64,000 nucleotides of DNA from Acidobacteriota bacterium (GTDB lineage: Bacteria; Acidobacteriota; Thermoanaerobaculia; Multivoradales; UBA5704). The stretch is from assembly GCA_040005235.1 (NCBI GenBank), contig JBDTZG010000007.1, forward strand, positions 32,001 to 96,000, in the 5' to 3' direction. The notes below the pieces were generated by a model, which searched no databases, was not told where the DNA came from, and saw nothing but the letters and a program-made list of their open reading frames with translations. Made by a program: the position numbers and the translations under genes. Numbering within the stretch: position 1 is the first letter of the stretch; each line of letters starts with the position of its first letter. Positions 55,818 to 64,000 of this stretch are shown one piece after another.

Positions 55818-57893
55818 ATGTCCCGCCAACTCGCACTCGCCTTCGCAGCTCTCGCTTTCTGCTTCCATCCGGCGGCCCGCGCCGACGAGGGAATGTGGAC
55901 GTTCGACAACGTGCCGCGCGCGGCGATCGAAGCGAAATACGGCGTTCCGGTCACCGACGCCTGGCTCGATCACTTGCGCATCTCCTCCGTCCGGCTCGAA
56001 GGGGGCTGCTCGGGCTCGTTCGTCTCGGGCGACGGCCTCGTGCTCACCAACCATCACTGCGTCGACTCGTGCCTGCAGGAGCTTTCGTCGGCGGGCAAAG
56101 ATCTTGTCGCCGACGGCTTCTACGCCAAGACCGCAGCGGACGAGCACCGCTGCGAGGCGTTTGAGGCGTCGAGCCTGATCAAGCTGGAGAACGTGAGCGC
56201 GAAAATCGCCGCCGCAATCCGCGGGCTCGACAGCGCGGCGGCCTATCCCGTCCGCGAGGCCGAAAAAACCCGGCTCGAAACGGAATGCGAGAAAGCGTCG
56301 GGCCGCGCGGACATTCGCTGCGAGATCGTCGACCTTTACAGCGGCGGCGAAAATTGGCTTTACACCTACCGCCGTTATCAAGATGTCCGGATGGTGTTCG
56401 CGCCCGAGCTTGCGATCGCGAATTTCGGCGGCGATCCGGACAATTTCAACTTTCCGCGCTACGACCTCGACATGGCGATTGTGCGGGTCTACGACGACGG
56501 CAAGCCGCTGCATCCGGATCAGCACCTGACCTGGAGCCCCGCGGGAGCCCAGACCGGAGAGCCGGTGTTCGTGACGGGGCACCCCGGTTCGACCAACCGC
56601 CAGCTGACGGTCGAGCAGCTCCAGACCCGCCGCACCGCGATCTTGCCATTGCGGCTCTACCTCGCCTCCGAGCTGCGCGGCCGGCTGATCCAGTTCGGCA
56701 AGCTTGGACCCGAGCCGTATCGGGTGATGCTCGACAACCTGCTGCGGATCGAAAACAGCCTCAAGGTCGGGCGCGGTCAGCTCGCGGCGATCGACGACGC
56801 CGATTTCATCCGCCGGAAAGCCGAGCAGGAAACGGCGTTTCGCAAAGCCGTCGCGGCCTCGACCGATCCGCAGGTAAAGGCCGCCGCCGAGGCGTGGGAC
56901 GAGATCGCCCGCGCACATGAGATCTATCGCGCGATCTATCCGCGCTACCTTCTGGTCGAGGCTCGGCAAGGGTTTCTCGGCGATCTGTTCCAGCACGCCC
57001 GGATTCTGGTGCGCGCCGGAAACGAGCGCACGTTGCCGAACACCGAAAGGCTCCGCGACTACACCGATACGCAGCTACCATCGCTCGAACTGTCGCTCGC
57101 CTCCAAAGCGCCGATCGCGCTCGACCTCGAAGAGATGGAGCTGGGTTTCGCGCTCGAAAAGCTACGCGAATGGCTCGGCCCGGACGATCTGCTGGTGAAA
57201 AAGGTACTCGGCGATCAATCGCTGGACGAGCTGGCGCACGCCGCGGTCACGAGCACGAAGCTCACCGATCCGAATTTCCGCAAGACGCTTTGGCAGGGTG
57301 GCAAGGCCGCCGTCGATGCCTCGAACGATCCAATGATCCGCCTCGCCCGTCTGGTCGAGCCGGATGCGCGCGCCGTGCTTGACCGTTACAAAAAGGAGGT
57401 CGAGGCGGTAGAGACGAGCGCCACGGAGCGGATCTCCCGCGCCCGGTTCCTGATCGAGGGGACGAGCGTCTACCCGGACGCCACGTTCACCTTGCGCATG
57501 ACCTATGGTGCAGTCGAAGGATGGGACGAGGCCGGCAAGAAAGTCGGACCGTTCGCAACGATCGGCGCGCTCTATCCGCGCGTGACCGGCAAAGACCCGT
57601 TCGCCCTGCCGCCGAGCTGGCTCGCGGCGAAACCGAAGCTCGATCCCGGTCGAACGATCAACTTCGTCGCGACGACCGATATTACGGGTGGCAACTCGGG
57701 AAGCCCGGTGGTCGACAAACACGGCCAGCTCGTGGGACTTTGCTTCGACGGCAACATCCATTCAATCGGCGGCAGCTTCTGGTTCGATCCGACCAAGAAC
57801 CGGTCCGTCGCGGTCGATTCGGGCGGCATGCTCGAAGCGCTGCGCAGGATCTACGGCGCGGATCGCCTGGTGGCGGAGCTGACGGGCAAGTAG
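55818..57893 (+). CDS. S46 family dipeptidyl peptidase (DPP7-like)
   Basis: Signal peptide, DEGMW, GCSGSFVS, TNHHC, DITGGNSGS, FDGN. Confidence 0.95.
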   Translation: MSRQLALAFAALAFCFHPAARADEGMWTFDNVPRAAIEAKYGVPVTDAWLDHLRISSVRLEGGCSGSFVSGDGLVLTNHHCVDSCLQELSSAGKDLVADGFYAKTAADEHRCEAFEASSLIKLENVSAKIAAAIRGLDSAAAYPVREAEKTRLETECEKASGRADIRCEIVDLYSGGENWLYTYRRYQDVRMVFAPELAIANFGGDPDNFNFPRYDLDMAIVRVYDDGKPLHPDQHLTWSPAGAQTGEPVFVTGHPGSTNRQLTVEQLQTRRTAILPLRLYLASELRGRLIQFGKLGPEPYRVMLDNLLRIENSLKVGRGQLAAIDDADFIRRKAEQETAFRKAVAASTDPQVKAAAEAWDEIARAHEIYRAIYPRYLLVEARQGFLGDLFQHARILVRAGNERTLPNTERLRDYTDTQLPSLELSLASKAPIALDLEEMELGFALEKLREWLGPDDLLVKKVLGDQSLDELAHAAVTSTKLTDPNFRKTLWQGGKAAVDASNDPMIRLARLVEPDARAVLDRYKKEVEAVETSATERISRARFLIEGTSVYPDATFTLRMTYGAVEGWDEAGKKVGPFATIGALYPRVTGKDPFALPPSWLAAKPKLDPGRTINFVATTDITGGNSGSPVVDKHGQLVGLCFDGNIHSIGGSFWFDPTKNRSVAVDSGGMLEALRRIYGADRLVAELTGK

Positions 57894-57905
57894 GGGAGAG
57901 ACCGG

Positions 57906-59489
57906 ATGGATCGTTCCCGTCCGGAGGCGGTCGAGCTGGAGCTGTTCACCCAGCGGCTCGCGGCGGTCGCCCGCGACATGGGCGAGCAGCTCCGGCGCAC
58001 GGCGGTTTCGACCAACGTCAAAGAGCGCTTGGATTTCTCCTGCGCGCTGCTCGATCCGGCAGGGGTCCTGGTCGCCAACGCGCCCCACATCCCGGTGCAC
58101 CTCGGCGCCCTCGGGTTGTGCGTCCGCCGGCTGCTGGAGACGATCTCAATCGGCCCGGGCGACGCCGTAGTCACCAACCACCCGGCCTACGGCGGTTCGC
58201 ACCTGCCCGACGTGACGCTCGTCTCCGGGGTGTTCGATGACGACGGACAGTTGCTTGGCTACGTCGCGAACCGCGCCCATCACGCGGAGATCGGCGGCAC
58301 CCGGCCCGGATCGATGCCGCCCGACGCTACGCGCTTGATCGAAGAGGGGGTGGTGATCCCTCCAACCTATCTGGTGCAGCGCGGCGTGCCCCGCTGGGGC
58401 GAAATCGAACGCCTGCTGACCGGAGGGCCGTATCCGACCCGGGCGGTGCGCGAAAACCTGGCCGATCTGGAAGCCGCGCTCGCGGCAAACCGCTGTGGCG
58501 AACAAGCTCTCCGCGCCCTTGCCGCGCGCCACGGCCACGAGGCGGTGCATCACTACATGGCGGCGCTCGCCGACCAGGCCGAAGCGCGCATGCGCGACGC
58601 GCTGTCTCGCATCGTTCCCGGTCGCTACTCCGCGGTCGAACGGCTCGACGATGGCTCGCCGATCGCGGTCGAGATCGAAGTTTCGAGCGAAAGTGCGACG
58701 ATCGATTTCGCCGGCACGGGGGCCGTTCATCCCGGCAACCTGAATGCGCCGCCCGCGGTGATCCGCAGCGCGATCCTTTACGTCTTACGCCTGCTGGTGG
58801 CCGAGCCGATGCCGCTGAACGAAGGGTTCCTGCGGCCGATCGAGATCCGCATGCCGCCCGGCTGTCTGCTCGATCCGCAGTTTCCTTCGGATCCTGAGAA
58901 CGCGCCGGCGGTGGTCGGCGGCAATGTCGAGACCAGCCAGCGGCTGGTCGATGCGTTGCTCCACGCGCTCGGCCTCGTCGCGGGAGGGCAAGGGACGATG
59001 AACAACACCCTGTTCGGCAATTCGAGCTTCGGCTACTACGAGACGGTCTGCGGCGGCGCCGGAGCCTGCCAAGGGCATCCCGGCGCGAGCGCGGTCCACA
59101 CCCACATGACCAATACCCGGATCACCGACCCGGAGATCCTCGAACACCGCTATCCGGTGCGCCTGCACCGCTTCGGGATCCGCCGTGGCTCGGGCGGTGC
59201 CGGACGTTTTCGCGGTGGCGACGGCGCGGTGCGGGAGATCGAATTCCTGGCGCCCGTCTCGCTTTCCCTGCTCACCCAGCACCGGGTCGAGGCGCCGTAC
59301 GGTCTCGAAGGCGGAGAGCCGGGCGAGCGCGGCCGGCAGACGCTGATCCGTGCGAACGGCGAGCGGGAAGTGCTGCCGCCGTCGGCCGCACGCGAGGTCG
59401 GTCCGGGCGATCGGCTGTTGCTCGAAACTCCCGGCGGCGGCGGTTTTGGATCGGTGGAACCGGTCACGGAGCAGCGAGACGCGCCCTGA
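57906..59489 (+). CDS. hydantoinase B / 5-oxoprolinase C-terminal subunit
   Basis: SxNVKERLDFSC, HIPVH, GGSHLPD, GGNVETSQ, HMTNT, TPGGGG. Confidence 0.93.
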   Translation: MDRSRPEAVELELFTQRLAAVARDMGEQLRRTAVSTNVKERLDFSCALLDPAGVLVANAPHIPVHLGALGLCVRRLLETISIGPGDAVVTNHPAYGGSHLPDVTLVSGVFDDDGQLLGYVANRAHHAEIGGTRPGSMPPDATRLIEEGVVIPPTYLVQRGVPRWGEIERLLTGGPYPTRAVRENLADLEAALAANRCGEQALRALAARHGHEAVHHYMAALADQAEARMRDALSRIVPGRYSAVERLDDGSPIAVEIEVSSESATIDFAGTGAVHPGNLNAPPAVIRSAILYVLRLLVAEPMPLNEGFLRPIEIRMPPGCLLDPQFPSDPENAPAVVGGNVETSQRLVDALLHALGLVAGGQGTMNNTLFGNSSFGYYETVCGGAGACQGHPGASAVHTHMTNTRITDPEILEHRYPVRLHRFGIRRGSGGAGRFRGGDGAVREIEFLAPVSLSLLTQHRVEAPYGLEGGEPGERGRQTLIRANGEREVLPPSAAREVGPGDRLLLETPGGGGFGSVEPVTEQRDAP

Positions 59490-59964
59490 CCGCCCGCTGC
59501 CGCAACGCCTCGTAGGAAGAGATCGCGACCGAATTCGACAGATTCAACGAACGCAGCTCCGGATCGGCCATCGGAATCTTCACCAGGCGCTTGGCGTAGC
59601 GCGCGCGGATCTCGGGAGAAAGCCCAACGCTCTCGCGCCCGAACACGAGCACCGTTTGATCCGGAAAGTTGATCTCCCAGAGCGTCCTTTTCGCTTCGGC
59701 CGAAAAGAAGAACGCGGCGCCCAAGGCTGATAGCTCAGTCTCGAATTCCGGCCAGCTCTCCCACACTCGGGGGTTCACCCGCGGCCAATAATCGAGCCCC
59801 GCCCGCCGCACCTGCTTATCTTCGAGGGAAAACCCGAGCGGCCGAATCAAATGCAACCGCGCGCCGGTCGCCAGACACGTCCGTCCGACCGCACCGGTGT
59901 TCCAGTGGATCTCCGGATGGACCAGCGCGAGGTGGAGGGCGGGGGGGAGGGACAGAGAGGTCAT
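59464..59964 (-). CDS. trmL: tRNA (cytidine/uridine-34-2'-O)-methyltransferase
   Basis: PEI.WNTG, RAGLDYW, FGRESVGL, RSLNLSN. Confidence 0.93.
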   Translation of the reverse strand: MTSLSLPPALHLALVHPEIHWNTGAVGRTCLATGARLHLIRPLGFSLEDKQVRRAGLDYWPRVNPRVWESWPEFETELSALGAAFFFSAEAKRTLWEINFPDQTVLVFGRESVGLSPEIRARYAKRLVKIPMADPELRSLNLSNSVAISSYEALRQRAVRARLAAP

Positions 59965-60018
59965 CGAACTCTTCCGGCCGGGGAAGGTAGCACGCCATTC
60001 CCGCTACAATCGCTTTCG

Positions 60019-60477
60019 ATGCGCATCGGCCTGCTTTCCGACACCCACGGCCTGCTCCGTCCACGGGTCCTGGAGCTGCTCGCCGGATGCGACCGGATTT
60101 TCCATGCGGGAGACGTCGGATCGCCGGAGATCCTGGCCCGGCTCTCCGGGTTAACTCCCGGCGTTCCGGTCGCCGCGGTCCGGGGCAATACGGATGGCGG
60201 CGAGCTTGCAAGTCTGCCCGACACGGCCACCGTGGAGATCGAGGGGGTCTCGCTCGGGCTGGTTCATCGGCGTGAGGACATTCCGGTCCGTTGGCAGCGA
60301 TCGATGCGAGTGATCGCGTTCGGTCACTCCCATCGGCCGGAGCTGGAATGGCGGGGCGAGGCGTTGTGGATCAACCCGGGCGCCTGCGGCGCGCGCCGGT
60401 TTCGGCTGCCGCTCACTCTCGCCGTTCTAACCCTCGACGAGGGGCGAATCGTGCCGGAAATCTTTGCCGTCGATTAA
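60019..60477 (+). CDS. YfcE-like metallophosphoesterase
   Basis: SDTH, HAGD, RGN, GHSH, NPG. Confidence 0.92.
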   Translation: MRIGLLSDTHGLLRPRVLELLAGCDRIFHAGDVGSPEILARLSGLTPGVPVAAVRGNTDGGELASLPDTATVEIEGVSLGLVHRREDIPVRWQRSMRVIAFGHSHRPELEWRGEALWINPGACGARRFRLPLTLAVLTLDEGRIVPEIFAVD

Positions 60478-60529
60478 GATCCATTGACTACGGCCGCTCC
60501 CCCAAAGGGGCCGCCCTCGGGAGGTTCGC

Positions 60530-61828
60530 GTGCTCCACTTCTCGTCTCGTCTCTTCGGTTTCCGGCGCTCGGTGTTTGCCGGCGCGCCGGTTCTCTTGTT
60601 TGGGTTCGTCCTGCTCGCCGCGAATCCCGCGGGCGCCGTGGGCTACGGTCTGTTTCAGCACGGCGGCCGGACGACCGGCCAGGCGGGGGCGTTCACGGCC
60701 CGGGCCTCTGACCCCTCAGCCCTCACGTTCAATCCCGCTGCCATTGCGCGGCTCGACGGATTTCAATTTCAAGGCGGCCTCGATTTTCAGAACGACACCG
60801 ACACCTTCCGAACTAACACCGGTTCGTTCGATGCCGGGCACGTGATCCAGTTTCCGCCCGCCGCCTATGCCACTTGGCGCCCCGGGAAGGATTCCCGCTG
60901 GGCTTTCGGGCTCGGGCTTGATGCGCCGTTCTGGACCACTCTCGATTGGAAGCCGGTGTTTTTCCCCGAGCGGTTCACTCAGAAGAAGTTCGAGCTGACC
61001 GTCTTCCAACTGCATCCGGTCGTTGCGTTTCGCCTGAGCGACGGCTGGAGCGTCGGCGGCGGCGTCCGCTACTTGAAGGGCTCGCTTGAACAAGACGACA
61101 GCAAAAGCTTTCTGGTGGTCACAGGACCGCTCCATCGGGAGGTCGTAGAGGAGCAACGGGAAGGGAAATCCGACGTCGATGGCCTCGGCTGGGATCTGGC
61201 GCTGCACTACGCCGGAGAGCGCTGGGGCTGGGGAGGCGTCGTCCGTAGCGCGGTCAAGTTGGACGGCTCCGGGGACGCTCGTTATCGCATTCTCGATTTC
61301 CAGCTGCCCCCGGCGGATCAGGCGCTCTTCAGGTCCGGCGGATCGGTTTCCCAGAAGTTTGAGCTGCCCGCTGAATTTTCGACCGGAATCTGGTTCGCAC
61401 CCTACCCGGAGCTGCGGTTTGAGGTGGACGCCGTGTGGCAGAAGTGGTCGGACGTGAGCGCTTCGACCGTTCGGTTCGGCCCGGGAGGGCTGACGTTGCA
61501 CGACGACAGCGTGAGCCGTTTCGGCAATTGGGACGACACGCTGTCGCTTCGGCTCGGGGTCGAAGGCGACCTGAACGATCAGGTGAGCCTGTTCGGCGGC
61601 ATCGCGCGGGAGGAGTCTCCGGTTGGAGGGCAGGCCGTATCACCCGGTTTCCCGCGCGGCGACGGAATGGTCTACGCGGCCGGCGCGACCTACAACTTCC
61701 CGCAGATCTCGTTCGATCTCGGCTACTCGATCCACCAGCACGACCGAAATCGCGCGGCTTCGGGCAGCTACACCGCCCGCTCGTCCGTCTGGTCGGCTTC
61801 CGCCCGATGGCGGTTCGGCAAACCTTAG
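60530..61828 (+). CDS. FadL/OmpP1 family outer-membrane transporter
   Basis: GQAGAFTARASDPSALTFNPA hatch; beta-strand pattern; start uncertain. Confidence 0.85.
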   Translation: MLHFSSRLFGFRRSVFAGAPVLLFGFVLLAANPAGAVGYGLFQHGGRTTGQAGAFTARASDPSALTFNPAAIARLDGFQFQGGLDFQNDTDTFRTNTGSFDAGHVIQFPPAAYATWRPGKDSRWAFGLGLDAPFWTTLDWKPVFFPERFTQKKFELTVFQLHPVVAFRLSDGWSVGGGVRYLKGSLEQDDSKSFLVVTGPLHREVVEEQREGKSDVDGLGWDLALHYAGERWGWGGVVRSAVKLDGSGDARYRILDFQLPPADQALFRSGGSVSQKFELPAEFSTGIWFAPYPELRFEVDAVWQKWSDVSASTVRFGPGGLTLHDDSVSRFGNWDDTLSLRLGVEGDLNDQVSLFGGIAREESPVGGQAVSPGFPRGDGMVYAAGATYNFPQISFDLGYSIHQHDRNRAASGSYTARSSVWSASARWRFGKP

Positions 61829-61832
61829 GAGA

Positions 61833-63392
61833 TCAGCTCCAGGGGCGCGAAATCACGCAGGCGTTGATGCCCCCGATGCCCATGGAGAGCTTGCCGGCCG
61901 GACCTTTCGGCGCAGGGCAGGGAGCATCGAAGACGTAGAGCGGGTGCAGCCTGCCGATCTCTTCGTTCAGTTCCGGCGGGGAGAGCGGAGTGGGGTAGAG
62001 GCGCCCGCGGTCGTAGCCGAGGTATTGGGCGGTCAGCTCCCAACCGCCGCCGGCGGACATGCCATGGCCGAAGGTCCCCTTGCGCGCGGTGACCAGCACC
62101 TGTCCGGACACCATGCTGCGCAGCGTCGCGATTTCCTTCCAGTCACCCGGGGTCGCGGTGGCGTGAAGGTCCCACGAGCCGAGGGTCGCCTCGTCGATGC
62201 CTGAGGCGGCGAGCGCTTCGCGGATCGCGGTGGACGGCCCCTCGATCGAAGGAGTGATGATGTGATCGGCGTCCGATGAGACGCCTACCGCGACCGGTTC
62301 CATGCCAAGCGGCTTGAAACCCCGTGCGGTCATGTGGTCGTAATCGCCGACGATCCAGATCGCCGCGCCGCCCGACACGTGGGTGCCGCGCAGGGTGGTG
62401 AGCGGCTTGGACACGGCGGCGTCGGCCGAGATGACCCGCCCGGCGTAAAACGCGGCGACGGTGATCGGCAGCGGCGGCGGGTCGGTCGCGCCGAGCACCA
62501 CCGCGTCCGCCTCTCCCGCCTGGATCGCATCCATCGCGAGCTTCAAGGTGACGCCGAACGTCGAGCAGGCGGCAACCGGCGCGAACGCGAGGCCGGTGAT
62601 CTTGCCCAGGATCGAGATCTGCGACGAGGGTGTGTTCTGGATGTTCCACAGCAGGTTCGCGGAGACCGAGCGCCAGGGCGGCTCGGGGCACTGCCACTTT
62701 TCTTGCAGTTTCGCGTGGCCGCGCTGCTTCTCCTTCATCACCGACATCTTGGCCTTCTCGACGTCGCCGTGAATGCCGTGCCCCTCGATCTCGGCCAGCT
62801 CGGAAAGGTAGGCAGCCAGCTCCGGCGAGCGTTCCGCCCACCAGTGCCACCAGGCGCCCCAAGCGTCGTCCCGATCGTCGATTTCGATCGTGTCGGGATG
62901 CGGCGGGCGCGTGAGATCGTTAGGCTCTCCGCTTCCGGCGTTCGCCGTCGCGAATTCGGGAAGCCGCTCGGCCCAGAAGCGATCCCACCGCCGTTGGCCG
63001 CGGCGAAGGGCGAGCGTGGCATCCGAGATGGTCGCCAGATTGCCGAGCCCGGTGCCGACGTAGACCCGGGTCCGGGTGCCCAGCCGCGACAGCTCCTGCT
63101 CGATGCCCGGGTTCTGCTGGAGCGCCTGGATGAAGCCGCCGATCGCGAATTGCGTCGGCAGGTCCATCTTCGCTTCGAGCGTGTGGAACCGGCTCGGCGG
63201 GAAGCGCTCGACGATCCACGAGCGGTACTCCTCGAACGAGAATTCCGGCTTTCCGATGAGAAAGGTGTCGGGGCCGAAGCCGTGGAACGGCGTGAGCCAG
63301 CTCTCTGCGGATTCGAGATTGGCCGCGAACGCTGCGACATTGGGCGACCGGGGAGCGACGATCCCCCAACCGAAGATTCCTACTCGACGCAA
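61833..63392 (-). CDS. standalone beta-ketoacyl synthase (FabF/FabB-like) with large insertion
   Basis: GGAGG RBS + TTG; AACST, LHATAT, KGTFGH (Cys-His-His), MGIGGIN. Confidence 0.85.
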   Translation of the reverse strand: MRRVGIFGWGIVAPRSPNVAAFAANLESAESWLTPFHGFGPDTFLIGKPEFSFEEYRSWIVERFPPSRFHTLEAKMDLPTQFAIGGFIQALQQNPGIEQELSRLGTRTRVYVGTGLGNLATISDATLALRRGQRRWDRFWAERLPEFATANAGSGEPNDLTRPPHPDTIEIDDRDDAWGAWWHWWAERSPELAAYLSELAEIEGHGIHGDVEKAKMSVMKEKQRGHAKLQEKWQCPEPPWRSVSANLLWNIQNTPSSQISILGKITGLAFAPVAACSTFGVTLKLAMDAIQAGEADAVVLGATDPPPLPITVAAFYAGRVISADAAVSKPLTTLRGTHVSGGAAIWIVGDYDHMTARGFKPLGMEPVAVGVSSDADHIITPSIEGPSTAIREALAASGIDEATLGSWDLHATATPGDWKEIATLRSMVSGQVLVTARKGTFGHGMSAGGGWELTAQYLGYDRGRLYPTPLSPPELNEEIGRLHPLYVFDAPCPAPKGPAGKLSMGIGGINACVISRPWS

Positions 63393-63516
63393 CGTAAAGT
63401 CCTCCCAGGAAAAACCGGAGATCCCTCGGGATGGGTTCTCTCCACCGGATCGGGTGATTGTCGCCCAGAGGGGCGCAGAGGGCAAACCGGCGCTCCTCGC
63501 GGCTATGATGAAGAAC

Positions 63517-63885
63517 ATGCCGAGCTTTCGTCTACGCGTTCGAGGCCGTTTCGAGGCCGCCCACCATTTGACCTCCTACCGCGGCTCGGTCGAGTCCGTC
63601 CACGGCCACTCATGGCGAGTCGAGGCGTTCCTCGAAACCGACCATCTGGACGCGGACGGCATGGCCTGGGATTTCGTCGAGGTGAAAACCGCGCTCCTGG
63701 CGCTCTGTGCCGAGCTCGATCACCAGGATCTAAACGCGGTGGCGCCGTTTACCCGGATCAGCCCGACCACCGAGCACGTCGCGGCCTGGTTCTTCGACCG
63801 GCTCGCCGAAGCCCTCCCCGGCGCGCCGCTTTTGGAGGTGGAGGTCTGGGAAGGCCCCGACTGCTCGGCGACCTATCGGCCGTAA
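63517..63885 (+). CDS. queD: 6-carboxy-5,6,7,8-tetrahydropterin synthase
   Basis: FEAAHHL, HGHSW, LDHQDLN, PTTE, VWE. Confidence 0.85.
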   Translation: MPSFRLRVRGRFEAAHHLTSYRGSVESVHGHSWRVEAFLETDHLDADGMAWDFVEVKTALLALCAELDHQDLNAVAPFTRISPTTEHVAAWFFDRLAEALPGAPLLEVEVWEGPDCSATYRP

Positions 63886-64000
63886 GGGCTCGCTCGGGCA
63901 AATCAGGTCGTCATTTTGGTGCGGTTTCGTGTTCGCGCGTTCGTGTTACAGTCTGTTACAGCCTCGCTCCCTGTTCTTCTCTGCGCAAGAGGCGCCCCTC

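Noticed and set aside
63393-63516. preQ1 riboswitch upstream of queD
   Set aside because: No preQ1 stem-loop with an A-rich tail; the region holds divergent start signals

Overview
GC-rich bacterial chromosomal window. The gene families present (acidobacterial VWA protein, ELWxxDGT proteins, GEVED/IPTL-CTERM-like protein, 'LTLHRETL...GG' RiPP leader) suggest Acidobacteriota, possibly Thermoanaerobaculia; this is inference. Core genes include yidD, sspB, metH behind a SAM-I/IV riboswitch, moeA, lysA, trmL, queD, an ExeA/ExeB pair, a FadL-like porin and an atypical ketosynthase. There is a toxin-antitoxin hotspot with a low-GC insert, a GmrSD-like nuclease next to a vapBC pair, and a 5-oxoprolinase/hydantoinase whose halves are separated by an S46 peptidase. 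The strongest candidate for a new system is the arginine operon argR-argG-X-argC-argD-argF'-argB-argE-argH. It has no argA/argJ, its ArgF' carries the N-succinylornithine-type specificity residue, and a translationally coupled DUF1611/DgcN-like P-loop protein (X) may supply the missing first glutamate N-acylation step. Other leads are an ECF-promoter-driven structured RNA candidate, four sigma54 promoters, an orphan lanthipeptide-like precursor and four intergenic arrays with 20-21 bp periodicity. No rRNA, tRNA, CRISPR array or transposase was recognised. All calls come from reading motifs by eye; no searches were run.
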